NCBI GenBank assembly: GCA_038496445.1
Contig: JALMLS010000578.1
Location: forward strand, 186,001 to 250,000
Source of the DNA: Trichosphaerium sp. ATCC 40318
Taxonomy: Eukaryota > Protista > Tubulinea
Direction: 5' to 3'
DNA length: 64,000 nucleotides
The position numbers were made by a program, and so were the translations under genes. How positions within the stretch are numbered: position 1 is the first letter of the stretch; the number at the start of each line of letters is the position of its first letter. Below, piece after piece: positions 22,482-35,800 of the stretch. Below the pieces are notes generated by a model. The model was given only the letters and a program-made list of their open reading frames with translations. It did not search any database and was not told where the DNA came from.

Positions 22482-24290
22482 ATGTCTAATATGAAGCAAG
22501 ACGCAGTTCAGAATGCCGATCTATGGTTTAACATGTTATCCGATGGTACAGAAGCCTCTGTATCTGATATGTCAAGACGTTACTGTCGTTCAAGCAACAA
22601 GGTGTTTGTACAAAAACGAGTTTCTTCCAAAAGCAGCTGAAAGAGCCGTTCATAGAACCCGACAATACTCCCGGAGTTGAACAGACACGAGATGTCGTCA
22701 TTGACTAACCCATGTCGGTTTGACAGAGTCATCATTCCCGAGGAAGACGTGGTACAACTTTTTTTCATATAATAAGTGATGTTGTACTTCTCTCTTGCTT
22801 AACAGGCTGTAGGCCAATGCAACGTCCTTTAAACATCATACATACGATTCAGGAGAATCCATGTCTAAAGCCCTTGATGTATTCGTTACTGAAGATATCA
22901 ATAAGCATCCAAACCTTCTATCTTTTCTTCAGTGGAAGGTACATGATTTTCACTTTAAATTGTTGATTTCTCCAATAATTAACTCACTATGACAGGTTCG
23001 TTGTCTCTCAGCTCCTAGAGGTGAACATACAATCGTGTGGTTTATGGTATCATGCAGCCATAACTTCGTGGACGGCGTGGGAGCTAGAAACTTTTGTAGA
23101 CATCTCATCAACGAATATGCTTTGGAGTCTAGATCGCCTCAATCGTCACCACCTACTCAGCTTAAGCTCTTCTCTTCGTACCCTAGAGCACATATTAACT
23201 ATCCAGAATGGTTTAAGTTCATTTGTCGTAGAACTACAGGACTAGCAGGTTTGCATTAGGCGCTCTTAAACCTGTAGCGCCTTGGTATAAACAGAAAGAA
23301 GAAAGGAACAAAGTGGATCGAAGTTCAAGGAGTCGTATTCTCTTGAAAGAGCCCTCCAGCGAAACAGTACAAGCTCTATTGACTGATTTTAGAAAAGAGA
23401 ACACAACGGTAGGAGCAGTAATCCATGCTTGCATGTTTTATTCAGCTGCAAAACAATATTTCTCATATCCGAATTCAAAGAATGTTTGGAAGTTTACTAT
23501 CCCTCAGAGTATCAATATGAGACCTCGCTATGATCCCCCAATCCCCGATACAGTACTTGCATCTCAGCAAGGAGATGTTCAAGTCCAATCCCAAGCAAAC
23601 AGAAGCGACGTAGACAGCAAGCTGACCGATGAAGAAGTGTATCAAAAAATATGGCAATGGGCTGCTAAATCACGCGCTGAAACTTGTAAAGTGCTCAACA
23701 CTGATGCAATTAAGCCTATGGTTTTTCTTGCAGGAGCAGTTAGAAAGCAGATGGAAAAGCTTAGGAAGGTAGACTTCCTTGGCGATATGTGGTTGTCAAA
23801 TGTTGGCGTCTTTGTGCCACATGTTTGTGGAGTTTTTCTACTAACTAAAGGGAATTTATTCTCAGGTTTTTTGTTTGCTACAAGATTTGATAAAAACGTT
23901 TCAATATACCATAGTTTACACTCCGGCACATCCTGCCAAACCTGCAAACTGTGTACTCATTGAAATATCCTGTAAATTTTGTGCTAGATTCGGAGCAAAG
24001 GGTGCGATTTGGAACTTCCTAAAAACCGTATCAATTAAAAAGAAACAAAACACTCCCCGAATGGGTTAGAGACACACATGATTGTAGCGTAATAAATACA
24101 AATGACAACTGTGACGTATGTGGAACAAAAGGAGTCACAGCAGACCCTTCCGGAGTAGAGCAATCGAGGGTAGTATGGTACAATACTATACTCCATCATA
24201 TTGTACGCAACACAGTTCTATGGAGTGTATCACCGTTAGCTTCACTCCGTACTCCTGAACGAAATTTCGCGCTCTGCTATCGAAGCATAA
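22482..24290 (+). CDS. CoA-dependent acyltransferase (condensation/PapA5/alcohol acetyltransferase-like), multi-exon; 3' end approximate
   Basis: Catalytic HxxxDG motif (SHNFVDGVG), RKENTTVGAVIHA, SINMRPR, and LSNVG motif. Confidence 0.75.
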
Positions 24291-24450
24291 CGTCATCAAG
24301 AAATTAAGCCAGTGGGCACCCTAAACACTCAATTGAACTTGAAAAAACAGCTAATATAAGATCAATCAAGCGAGGCTAATACTGTTTATGTTATACTATT
24401 GTACACTTGTTCGGAGTATGTACCAACTAGAAGCTAGACACTGCTTGTGT

Positions 24451-26253
24451 TTATGGTTGACTGCGTTTGGCTAGCGAGTGAAGGAGTACTTTTCGCAATT
24501 CCACCAGAGCTCCCTTTTGATTTGTCTCTTTTCAACATTTTGCTTAATGTCTTGAACATTTGCCAAGGTGGAGCGTAGTAAGAGTAGATGGCACATATCA
24601 TCAATACCTCGAAAAAACGCGAACAGAAAAGCCAACCAACTGCATTGTCATATACTCTATCTCTTAGAGCCTGTGCGATTATAATGAGAACTCCGAGAAA
24701 GGCAACGCCAATAGTGCAGCGTGTTATCTAGTATATGTGAGCACGTGATTATACTGCACTGATTTAGTTACTTACACGCATTAGTGCTCTTCTAGAGGTC
24801 TTGTTTTTTTTGTACCTCATTGCCTTGCAGTAAACTACCGAAGCACTTACCTTTGTTATAACTGTTAAAGCATACATGAAGGCGAGACAGTAGCGTACAA
24901 ATATAAAAATCAACGCTAGCAAAATGTCGGATATCAGGAGAACGTTTAATACGACGCTATGTAAGTTTGTTAGAAGGCTGCAAAAACCCTTAGGACGTAC
25001 TCAACGTGAGTGGAAGTGATGACTCTATACAATGTGGCTACTATACGACTGATGGTAATATATACCAAAGCAACAATTGCAATGCGTTTATGTGTAAATG
25101 TTGGGTGTCCCGAAAGCGCAGCTTGGAGCCTAAATATTACGTCACAATGTTTGTCTAAACTCTACAAAGTATGTTCTTTGGTTTGGTGGATCCAGATAAT
25201 AAATATTAAAGTAGAAAGCACTTACCAATATGCACTTGTCGATACTACCATAGCAAACAAACAAGAAATAGCAAGCGTTGAAAGAAACAAAACAGAGCGA
25301 TTACTGTTGATTCCGTTGTATCCATACAAATCAATAATGGGTTGAAGACCACGTACTGTACAATAAATAAGATCCAAATTCAGAAATATACTTGCCCAAT
25401 ACGTACTAAATGTTGTACCAATTATTGACAGTAAGGCTACATCAAGCAATAAGCCAGACCAAAGCTCTTGACCAGGTACGATAGGTACGTTGGTTTGAGG
25501 TTTAGCGCTACATCGCTTATGTTGTCTTAGAGTAAAGACTGTAATAGCATAGCAGAGTAAAAGAAAAAACACAATTGGCACTGTCACTTCATAAAATCTC
25601 CACGTGACAATGAATCGATTGTAGCCATCCATAACTGTCGATAATTAATCAAATGAAATACGCACAATTTAAATAAGAACCTCGTTTAGAAGCCGGAATA
25701 AACGTGATGATTGAGTTGTCATGGAAACTGTCCGTAAAGTTTGTACTTAATCCATGTGCGAGCATGAATGGTATTCGTAAATTGCGTGAAGGCTGGAGAA
25801 TATTTGTTGGCAAATCACCTAAATGAGTGAGTGTGAAGGAGTATTAGTTTTTCCGACCAACAAATAGGACAAAGGCAATGGCTCCTTGCGATTGAACTGC
25901 TTTTGCAAGTCTAGGATGAAACATCTCCCCATTTGAAGTCTCACAATTACTCTCATTTTGAAGAGTGTATGCTATGTACCCTAAATACTGTTTGTTAGTG
26001 AAACGGCATGTGCGGAGTTTGTGCCTGAGAGTTCTAAATTATTTTTCAAGTTACATCCTTCAAATATTACTCTGCGTAATGGCGCTGTGATAGGCTCAGT
26101 GTTGGGCTTACTGAACCATGAATACACAGACTTTGTTGTATTACAAGTGTATTTACAAGCAATTACTGGCGTGTCATCGTATATGAACCCCTGACATACA
26201 ACAAGGTATGGCAGAAAAACAAGGACAACAGCGAGACATACTGCGTTTGACAT
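24451..26253 (-). CDS. Signal peptide, extracellular domain and multi-pass (probably 7TM/GPCR-like) membrane protein
   Basis: N-terminal signal MSNAVCLAVVLVFLPYLVVCQG. About seven hydrophobic segments across exons and a basic Ser-rich tail ending at TAA 24451. Confidence 0.6.
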
Positions 26254-26550
26254 TGAGAACAGAAAAGTATGGTGGCACGTGCCACAATATTGTGTACGCC
26301 AGAGGTTATATTAAAACAAAGCCTTTTTGTCGTGCTACGTTATCATAATGCCGTCAATACAAATCTTTGACGAACATTCAGGTAAGGTGCTTTTGACCTC
26401 GTATCACATCATGTAAAAGAAACAAAACCATGAGATTTAGGCTGGTGGTGAGTCACGTTGATGTATTTCTTAGCTTTCTTGAATTTATCACGAGTGTTGT
26501 TTTAATATGCCTGAAATATCAGAGTTGAACAATCTATAGACAAGGGAATG

Positions 26551-26778
26551 AGTAAAATATGGAAGTTTGGGAAATCTGGAAAAGTAAAAGGAAGCGTGAT
26601 GGAAGTGCTTTTTATCCACACCTTTAAATATACCACATAATCTTCTCCGTTAGACACGGAGTGCTATAGCCAACATCCGGCGACTGATGACTCAATTTGT
26701 TGGTGGTGTGGGGAGAAAAAGTACTTCCATCACGCTTCCTTTTACTTTTCCAGATTTTCCAAACTTCAAGATTTTACT
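26551..26778. mobile_element. Foldback/MITE-like element with about 70-bp inverted repeats
   Basis: AGTAAAATATGGAAGTTTGGGAAATCTGGAAAAGTAAAAGGAAGCGTGATGGAAGTGCTTTTT (26551-26613) is inverted at about 26716-26778 with only a few mismatches. No TSD seen. Confidence 0.75.
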
Positions 26779-27260
26779 TTTACGAGACATGACGTCTCCA
26801 ACAAACCAATATACTTATTGTAAGAGGTAGATCATTGTTTCGGAATATCTGAAGTTAAAATTAAATAAGGGAAGCGACCAAACAGTTATTTTCCTATTTG
26901 AGATTAAACACGTGATTGTATTCAAAGTTTTGAAATCCCGTTTGAATGGTGCAATGTAATTTTTGGTAAACAAATAAAAATGTATTGATCATGCAATGTC
27001 AATTTCAGCAATTTAGAAGTATGTTATTTTAATAAAATTACAATTACAGTGTCACAAGTGTCGTGTTTGCTATAACACTAAGTTACATGAGACAGTTGGT
27101 ACATAAATGTGCAGCTTTGTGAGCCTTTTGCCAGTACACACGTAATCATCAGATTTTGACTACACTATAGTTACGTTATATCAGGAGTGCTACAGTCACA
27201 GCAATGATGCATACAATGCTAATAACAATGTTAGTTGAGTATGTATTATGCTATGTGGGA

Positions 27261-30069
27261 TTAAAGCTGTTCCTTGAAAGTGTTCAGGCTGCATTAATTG
27301 TACACGTGAACCACCTTATAACACCTCATTAGATAAAGCAATTGTATGCAAATAAACGTGTTACCTTCTGGATTAATTAAAGGCATCATGCCTGGATGGA
27401 CATCAACCTGTATGTCCGGTCTGAAAATAGAAGCGTTAAACAAAAAAAAAACTTCGAATGTTTGGTGTCAATAGTAGTACCTGTGATAATGAATTGTGGC
27501 CATAACACTTTCTTTATCCCCTTTCCACCAATAAGGTATATTTACTATCGTAATACCTCGATAAAATCATAAGAAAATAAAAGTCAAAACTTTTTTTTCC
27601 GATTTTTTTCTGATTTTTTTTTTCTGAACTGTACCGTATGATTTACATAGTGTCTTCTTCTCCATATCTCTTGCTCCTTGTAAAATAGTGATACCAAATC
27701 TACCTGGAATATCTGTGTAGTGCTGTGTGCCTTGGTATTCAACAGCAAGTTGTAGTTGTGGAACGTAAACATCAAGAGAAATCTGTCCTGTTGATGTTTG
27801 CATGCTTGCACCAATAAAGTGTTCTTCTATGACATCATATTTAGGAAATATCTCTTTCATTATATACAATAAACGGCTGAACAAAGTCATAAGATAACTT
27901 CTTTCCAAGACAAGGGAGCAAAACTACAGGAAACGCAAAACCGAAAAAACCCCGAAAAACAAACAAACGCTTTTCAAGTTTTGCCGTTATAATGAATTAC
28001 CGTTGTTCTGATCTTTTGTCAGGTCTGCTCAATTGGGTTTTTTGCCATTTTGTGTTAGGATATTTTGAAAAAAGTGCGTTGTGCCAATACGAGAAAACAG
28101 CTAGAAAAAAGTGTGTAAAAAAATACGCCAAGTACAAAAAAAAACCAGTTAGTACATCTTCCTCCTACTCCAGATATTTGAAGTGATGATATCCTATACC
28201 ATTCAGAAGGTGATCGTATCTTTAAAGATCCCTCAGCTCGTGTTAAAAACTTTGAAATCTTCTCTGATTTCCAGTAGTTCCTGGGAAGATGCGCTAAACA
28301 CAATAAATAAAAAACCCAATTGTTTAAAAGTTATGTTTGATGAGGCCTACATACCAAGCTTAGAAGGATCCCAACGATATTCAGGGTATACCCTTTGTAG
28401 CATCTTTATCATAGACCCTCCATAATGACTAGAAAACAAGTAATCAGGACGATATAAAGGCAAGACAAACTAGAAAATATGCAGTTTGTTCGTTTTCTTC
28501 TTCTGCGTACCCTAAGAGTGAAGTACCTCCGTATTCACGTAACTGAGGAGAAGTGATATCATACCAATCTGGAAAACAGTATATTCGAAGATCTTCCTCA
28601 ACCTGTGTACCAAAACTTAATAAGGGAGCGAAACGAGGAGGGGAGGTAGGTAAAAAGAACTTACAGCTAATAAAAAAATCTTTCTGTTGTGAACGCTCTG
28701 CCAGTAACCCTGTTTGTCTGCTTGAAACCTAAAAGGTATAATACCCTTATAATGTTGTATTGCGTCAATCATTTTATGCTTTAGCCAGTAATGATCAGGG
28801 TATATAAACCATAAAAACCTTCGGATCAACCCACCAAAATGCCTTTTTTTTTCAAAAAAGTATCAGCAACAAGCTTTTATAAACGCATTACTCACTTTTC
28901 GATTACCCAAAATGCTCCAATATCTTTAAGTATTTGTGAGCTAATATTATACCAATCATATGGCTTCTCTATTTTGAGTTCATGCTCAAGCTAGACTAAT
29001 TAGCAGAGCGTCTTCAAAAAAAAAAAATGATAAAAAGTTTCGAAATCTCTTTACAATGTAGTACCTGTCTTGCAAATTCTAGTCGGTTTTCGACTTTATC
29101 CCAATAACCAAGAATACTAGCATTTGCTGTTGAAATAAATAAGTTGTAAAAACTCGAAAGTCTTGTATTAATAAAGTCAGGATTGAGAAAAAACTAAATG
29201 TTTTCATCTCTGAACAAGATTCACAAAACCAGACCAGTTGTACGTACAAAACTTCCAGATTTTCCAATTTTCTTGTGGATAAACTGTTTGTAATAAATTG
29301 GCTAGGGAATATTGATGATACCTTTAGCTCATGAATCCAAAAAAAAATATACCAAAGTACAAAAATGACGGTTTTATTTTAAAACATTCTTACCTCAGAA
29401 TGCTGCTACCTCCATGTCGGCAGAAGTCTACACGTGATACATTATACCAATCCTTAGGCTGTCTCACATTTAAAGGTTTTGCAATCTATTTCTTATGTGA
29501 GTAAACGAAGTAAACCAAAACCAAATAAGATCTTCACATGTACATAATTAACAAATTCAACATGATTGCTATGTTTCTTCCAGAAGTGTTGTGGTACATT
29601 TTCTTTTGTACCAATTAGCATCTAGTACTATAATATAACGTACTAAACCTCCATGCAAACCAAGTGCGTTCAGGATAAACATCTACCAAGAGAGCTTGAA
29701 GCGATCCATTGAAAGGTCTTTAATAATAAATAAGGAAACAACATTTGCCACAACGTGCCCAACACGTGTTGTTGGATATAAAAAATAACGTACTTGAGTA
29801 CTCCATGACCTCCACTATTGGCAAAATCTTCTTGACTGACATCATACCAGTCATCTAAGATACGAACATTGAAGGTCTTTCGAAGCTGTTTGAAGAATAA
29901 ATTAATCCGTTTTTATTTCCCGCTTATCTTTGCGTCACAATTTTTTTTTGGACTTTAAACGCGTGGTTAGGTAATAGTTATGACGTACAGACTCAACAGT
30001 GGCTCTTCTGTTCTCGAATATTTGCCAATGACCGACTTTAGTTTTTTTTGCCCTTGAGGCGTATTTCAT
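27261..30069 (-). CDS. Tandem about-65-aa Trp/Gly repeat protein with a C-terminal PD-(D/E)XK (DUF559/Vsr/RAP-like) nuclease domain, many exons
   Basis: About six repeats of the form (G/H)xW...NR..F...L.I....DWY.(I/V)S...(L/F)...GG..LL..Y.GS...L..(V/I)YP...W. C-terminus ISLDVYVPQLQLAVEYQGTQHY...RDMEKKTLCKSYGITIVNIPYWW. Confidence 0.75.
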
Positions 30070-30370
30070 TGTCTATGTGGTATCAAGTAACGCTTGGAAC
30101 ATTGAAACATAACTTTTAGTCAGTATGTAATAACTAATAAACCCTAGTAGACGTGAATACTCCCAAGCGCGTGTTTAAAGCGATAAGAATAATAATAACG
30201 CAAGTGATAAGCTAATAAAATAGATAGTAATCGCAACTTGATTAAAACTAGCGTACCACTACCCCAAACAATTGTAAGTTGAATAGCCAACGCAATTGGG
30301 TATTAAGTCAATTGTATTCAGCACTTCAGTGTCCAACGGTGCCTTATAGCTCAAACAACTTGCAACGCGC

Positions 30371-31609
30371 ATGGACACACTTCCAAATGAGATATGGGTC
30401 TATATTGCTCAAAGACTACCTTTACGCTCACTATACACGTTGAGACGTACTACAACATTCTTTAAAGGCGTTGTTAGCCTAACACGCGCTGGGGAGGTAA
30501 GAAAACCACGTTTTTAGCCAAATAATGAACACAAGTAGGAAATAGGTCGTGTACGGACTCTTAATACTATTCCTTTGAACGATTTGTTCCCTTACAAATA
30601 CTCACATCTCATCCAAAGTGCCAGCGAAGCAGAAAACGGAAAGGTAATTTTTCCCGCGCTTAAAAAAAACCCTCCCGGTTTGTTTTTCGTTTTGCTCGCT
30701 TAAGCAACACCGTTGAACCATCAAATATGATTAAAATAGCTCTAGGCATTCATATGTAGCCATTCCGAGTTGTTTCTGCTTGATATCGCGTCTGTAACAA
30801 TAGAACGGATTACACCAAAAAAGCCCGATAACTTTAAGTTCATTAGTCGCGTTGCATATACTGTAGCGTCTAAAAGATTATATATACGCTTTCAATTACA
30901 GAAGGCTATATTGTAAATGAATACGACGCTTCAAATCCAACGTCACTTGTGTTATTGCGTGAAGACATGGATATCAAGTTGAAGTGTATGTCTTTTTTGA
31001 TAAGTTATGCTTAAGTCTTATTTTCTAACTCTATCATCAATAGATATGGACTGCCTTGATGGTAAAACATTAATGGGATTAGATTATACGGATCATACAA
31101 GACATGGTGATCTATGCATGTACTCAGACTTATTAAAAGACAAACCAACAAAAAAAGTTGTAAAAAAAATTGAAAGAAAATGTGTCAAATCTGAGTACAT
31201 AGCATCTTTAACATACAACAATGAATATGATGTATTCATGGCAATACATGGAACACGTCGTATGTCTATAATGAAAACAAACTATGGATGTGTTTACAAT
31301 GCATGTGATGGATCTATTGCGTTCACAACAGATCAAACAAAACGAGACATACAAAATCTTGCAATAGCAAAATCTTGTGTTTATGCTTTTACAAGGACAT
31401 TTGGGGTTTTAGAAAATAAGATTAGGATGTTCAAGTATGTTATTAATACAGGTCATGTTGTACCTATCAAGTTTAATAATAATGGATGGAAGAGTGTATC
31501 AAACAATATGTCTAGTTTGCATTATATGCCTCAGGCAAATGCTTTACTGATATCTGTCATACCAGCGAAAGCACAAAGCAAAGCTCTACTACATGTAGTT
31601 CACTTGTAA
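30371..31609 (+). CDS. F-box protein, multi-exon, C-terminus possibly a beta-propeller
   Basis: MDTLPNEIWVYIAQRLPLRSLYTLRRTTTFFK F-box. GT-AG introns lead to the long final exon ending at 31609. Confidence 0.7.
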
Positions 31610-32014
31610 AAAACTTGTAGACATTGAATAAAAATGTTATGTGTTGACACAAGGATGTTGAGCATCTCACGTGCTCCATAGTCGATTTTCCTTTAAAAAA
31701 AAAAGCCGACTTAGTTCTTTTTGTGATAAGCTGCTGTTACTCAGATACAGAACCGACTTATTGAGAAGTACAGGACGTTACAGAAGTTGTTAGCTAAGAC
31801 TTGCAACTAAGCACGTTTTTTTTTTTAATATGTAGATTCGACATGCACTGTGTGGTGTTTGTGATTGGCATTATTGGTGCGTTTATTGGCGAAGCTTGTT
31901 TTTGCTTAACTCTATTAAACTTGCTGGAGTTCATACCATTTGTTTCTTCCTGTCACATATAATAACGGATGAAACCCCAACACTGATTGCACTTTCATTA
32001 TTGGTCGTAGGTAT

Positions 32015-32209
32015 TAGAGGTGGTCCCTAAACGGCTATAACCGGCTAAGAAAAATAAGAGAAACCTCAACATTTTTTGCAGGTTTTTGGCTTTGGACCTA
32101 TGTATCGAACACAACGTACAGATTTTATTGCTGAGTTTCTTAGCCGTCAGTTAACCGGCTACAGATTGTTGTAGCCGGCTTAGTCGGGACCGGACCACGA
32201 CCACATCTA
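32015..32209. mobile_element. 195-bp MITE, hAT-like termini, 5-bp TSD GGTAT
   Basis: TIRs TAGAGGTGGTC / GACCACATCTA, GGTAT directly on both flanks (32010-14, 32210-14), internal CCGGCT/AGCCG subterminal motifs, and related ends at 7346 and 19588. Confidence 0.8.
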
Positions 32210-32884
32210 GGTATTACAGTCCAGCAAAGCCAATCATCTGTGGCTCTAATCCCAGACAACTCAATGGCTATGACTCTAATATTGGTTGTACATCATAAGA
32301 ATAGAGGAAAGTAGTACATTGCTTGTACAACGCATAGGCCAAAACAGCCTGTTTTAATGTTGTTTTCAGAAACTGAAAACTAGCAACCGACTCGATTGAG
32401 TGGTCTCTTGTTGTGGAACCATGTTCTATGCAAAAACTGAAACTTTATTGAAATACAACTTTTGTATTATTAGCTCTAGTTTTTACTTTACATTGTGAGA
32501 TAAACTGCGAGGAACACAAGTTCTGGTTATTGATAAACTACATTTTTTTTTACTCCGTTTCTAACAACAACGGCATGAATAAATTTGGAAGAGCGCCCTT
32601 GCTCTACGTTTGTCAAAGTTTAGTTTGCTGTTCCTAAAAGCTAGCTTGAATAACTTTCAGTATAGTGTAAGCTAGTACCAAGCTGGGGGATTATGTAGCG
32701 GATAATTCGCGTGCTATCCGAGAAGTACAAGTCAATTTTTTTACTACATTCGTCTTACTTTGGACACAATCACGACTATCTCTCCTTAATACCAAAAGGT
32801 TATAAAAAAACTGATCACGTGATTATTTACGTAAATATAAAGTATAACAAAATTTGGAGCTGAAATAGTGGTTTTTCTGTTACT

Positions 32885-35800
32885 ATGCATGCCTCAGGCA
32901 CGTGCGAACATTCTTCGTATTAGTTGATCAGTTCGGTGCTAAAAACAATATTAGTTAAATTAGGAAGACTGCTGTTGCTGTGTGCGAGCTTTCTCAGTCT
33001 AGTTAATGCCGCACAGCGGTTCTCGGTAGTTTCAGCAGACGCTGTTATGTTCGGAAACAATTCACGTATTGTAAGTTGAACTTTTTAGTTGATGCAAAAA
33101 AAAAAAAGAGTACTAACTTTACCTCAATAGCCCGTGCAATACGGTACTTTTGGCTTTAAGGTGCTAACGACTGATGATGAAGTCTCTGAGGTAGATGTTT
33201 ATTTCTCTCGGGAAAGCCCAGTAAAGCATTTTGTGGAAAGCTGGACGGTTTCTTCGGCAAGTTACATTCCTATGTAGTGATTGATGCATCTCAAAATGCA
33301 TTAGGTGACGAAACTTGTAGCATGGAAGGTACAGCATACGTAGGAATTTTACCTAACTTTTATGTAAGAAGTACCTCAATGTGCTCAAGTTCCTGGAGGA
33401 TATGGTTCTTTCAACAGATCAACATTAGCAGAATGTTGTGCTCACTTAAATTGGGACTTGTATTATCAATTTATCATTGAATTGATCTCTACACTCAAAC
33501 TCGGAGAGGATGGATATCGTACTGGTATTGTTTTGTATCGAGATATAGGTCAAGTTGTTTTGCCATTGGGAAGTCACACCACATCATACTTTCTAACCCA
33601 CCTCTACAATATTACAAAGACGAATATAGTGGGAGGATGCCATGATGTCACAACAGGTAATTACGTTTCTGTCACACTAGATACTCAACATAAATAGGTC
33701 TGTCAGCTGCACGTGATCATTTAGATTACTATGGAAGAACTGGACGAAACAATAAAATGATGATTGTTAATCAACATCATGGTACCACATGCGGAGTATT
33801 TGATCCAAATGACAACATTGTAAACACGCTAGAGTCCCAGGTAATGAAAAGACTAACGTATCATGTATCAACATCAACATAGGACTTTTCAGTTCTCTCA
33901 ATTGAAATTGGAACGCCAGATTCTGGTCTGTTGTCGTTCCCAAACACTATTACCATCTCAAGCAGCGCCTTGCTGTCATCAGCTGTACCGACTATCTCAC
34001 CGTTAATATGTCCAAGTGAGTATACTTAATGTGTTGTCAACCACGCTAATCTCTCTAACTTAGAGGTACGGAGTTTATGTGGCCCTAGATGCAAAGCGGA
34101 GTGTACATGTGATCAAGAGTGTACATGTGAGAATGCCAAATGTGAGGATAGGAACGTTTGTACACAAAATATATGTAGAAGTTCAAGTGAAGGATGTTAT
34201 TTTCCACCATATGTTATCTACCCAAATGTTGACACGCCAATAAGTGTACATTGTACGTATTCATTTCAATCTCAGGCTGAATGCGTATTAACAGGTGAAA
34301 TTTGCTGCAGGTGGATCACCTTCTTTTTGCAATCAAGACGACCCTGGATTGCTGCTTCCAAACCCTACAGCTAGTTGTATACCAAGTAAGTCTTGAACAT
34401 GTTTGTATGGAAATGTAGACTTGTTACTTACAACTGAAAGTTCCACGCCTCGAATGCCGCTACGACAATGGAGCTGAGTGCATCACGACGGAGTTCAAAG
34501 AATGCAATCCTGCTTGTGAATCTTCAGATATATGTAATATCTCTTACTGTGATCCTAAAACTGGGACATGTATTAATGAAAAAAGAGTTCCTGGATCACC
34601 TGCATTCGCGTGTAATGAGAGAGGCACCGATAGCTTGGAATATTGTGATGCTAACTTTACCTCTGATACTTTCCCGCCTGGGTTTGCTGGATGCAAAGCA
34701 AAACTACTCTCTGAAGTGCGTTGCTTGTAATTATGTCCATTCTTGTATTCACAAACCGTATTTTTTCTAGATTTGTTTATCTAAAGTACCTTCATGTATG
34801 CTATACAATCCAAACATAGTAAGTTGGCACCTAGCCCCTTTTCAAATTCCTGAAGCTCCAAACCAAACGTTCTATAATCCAGAATGCCTCTATGAACCTG
34901 ATCCAACTTGTTTCAACGCTGAAATACCTCTGATACCTACAACTATGGCTCCAACAACCTTCGCTCCAACAACAAATCCGCCCTCAACAAATCCGCCCAC
35001 AACAAATGCTCCCACAACAACGCCACCAATAATGTCACCACCATTTACAGCAAACTCATCAAGTGACGCTAAAACTAGCCCTTCTATAGAGTCATCTGAT
35101 ATTGGTACTACCAGCGATCACAACATGTGAGTCAACTAACAGTCTTATTTAGTAATAATAGTGCTCTGTGTTGTGGTTGTTATACTTCTCGTACTTCTTT
35201 TAGTTGTCTTGTTCGATTGGAACTATTCTGTTCGTACACGTGATGCAAGTACCGATATACGCAGTATTGCATTAAATTCTAGTGAAAATAAGAAAGAAGA
35301 GCATTACGGTTCGGTACCAGAGCCTCCTATCTCAAAGTCGATAAAGATTCAATACAAGGAGCTTAAATTTGGTGAGAAAATTGGTGAGGGCAGTTTCGGG
35401 TCTGTTATGAAAGCCAAATACAAAGGAATGGTTGTTGCAGTTAAAATATCAAGTCTTGGAGCTGAAGCAAATCAAAACTTTTTAAAAGAGGTAGGGAAAG
35501 AATAATACTCCTTACTTATCCACAGTTTTTTGACTGTTTCTTTTTCAAAAGGTTGAAGTACATCTGAGTCTGAGTCCTCATTCAAACATTGTTGGCACTT
35601 TGGGACTCTGTTTCTTGGATGGAAAACCAATGTTAGTATTGGAGTTCATGGCAAATGGATCGCTCAGACAGTTGTATAAAAAAAAGGAAGATGACTTTAC
35701 ATTTGCTGAGATCAAGACGTATTTACGCTCTATTGCTGCAGGGATGACTTTTCTTCATCAAAATATGATCATTCATCGGTACGCCCTCTAGTGTAAGTAT

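Noticed and set aside
34935-35035. 15-bp tandem repeats (also 12-bp repeats at about 38070-38130)
   Set aside because: They encode ordinary Pro/Thr mucin-like stalks of surface proteins.
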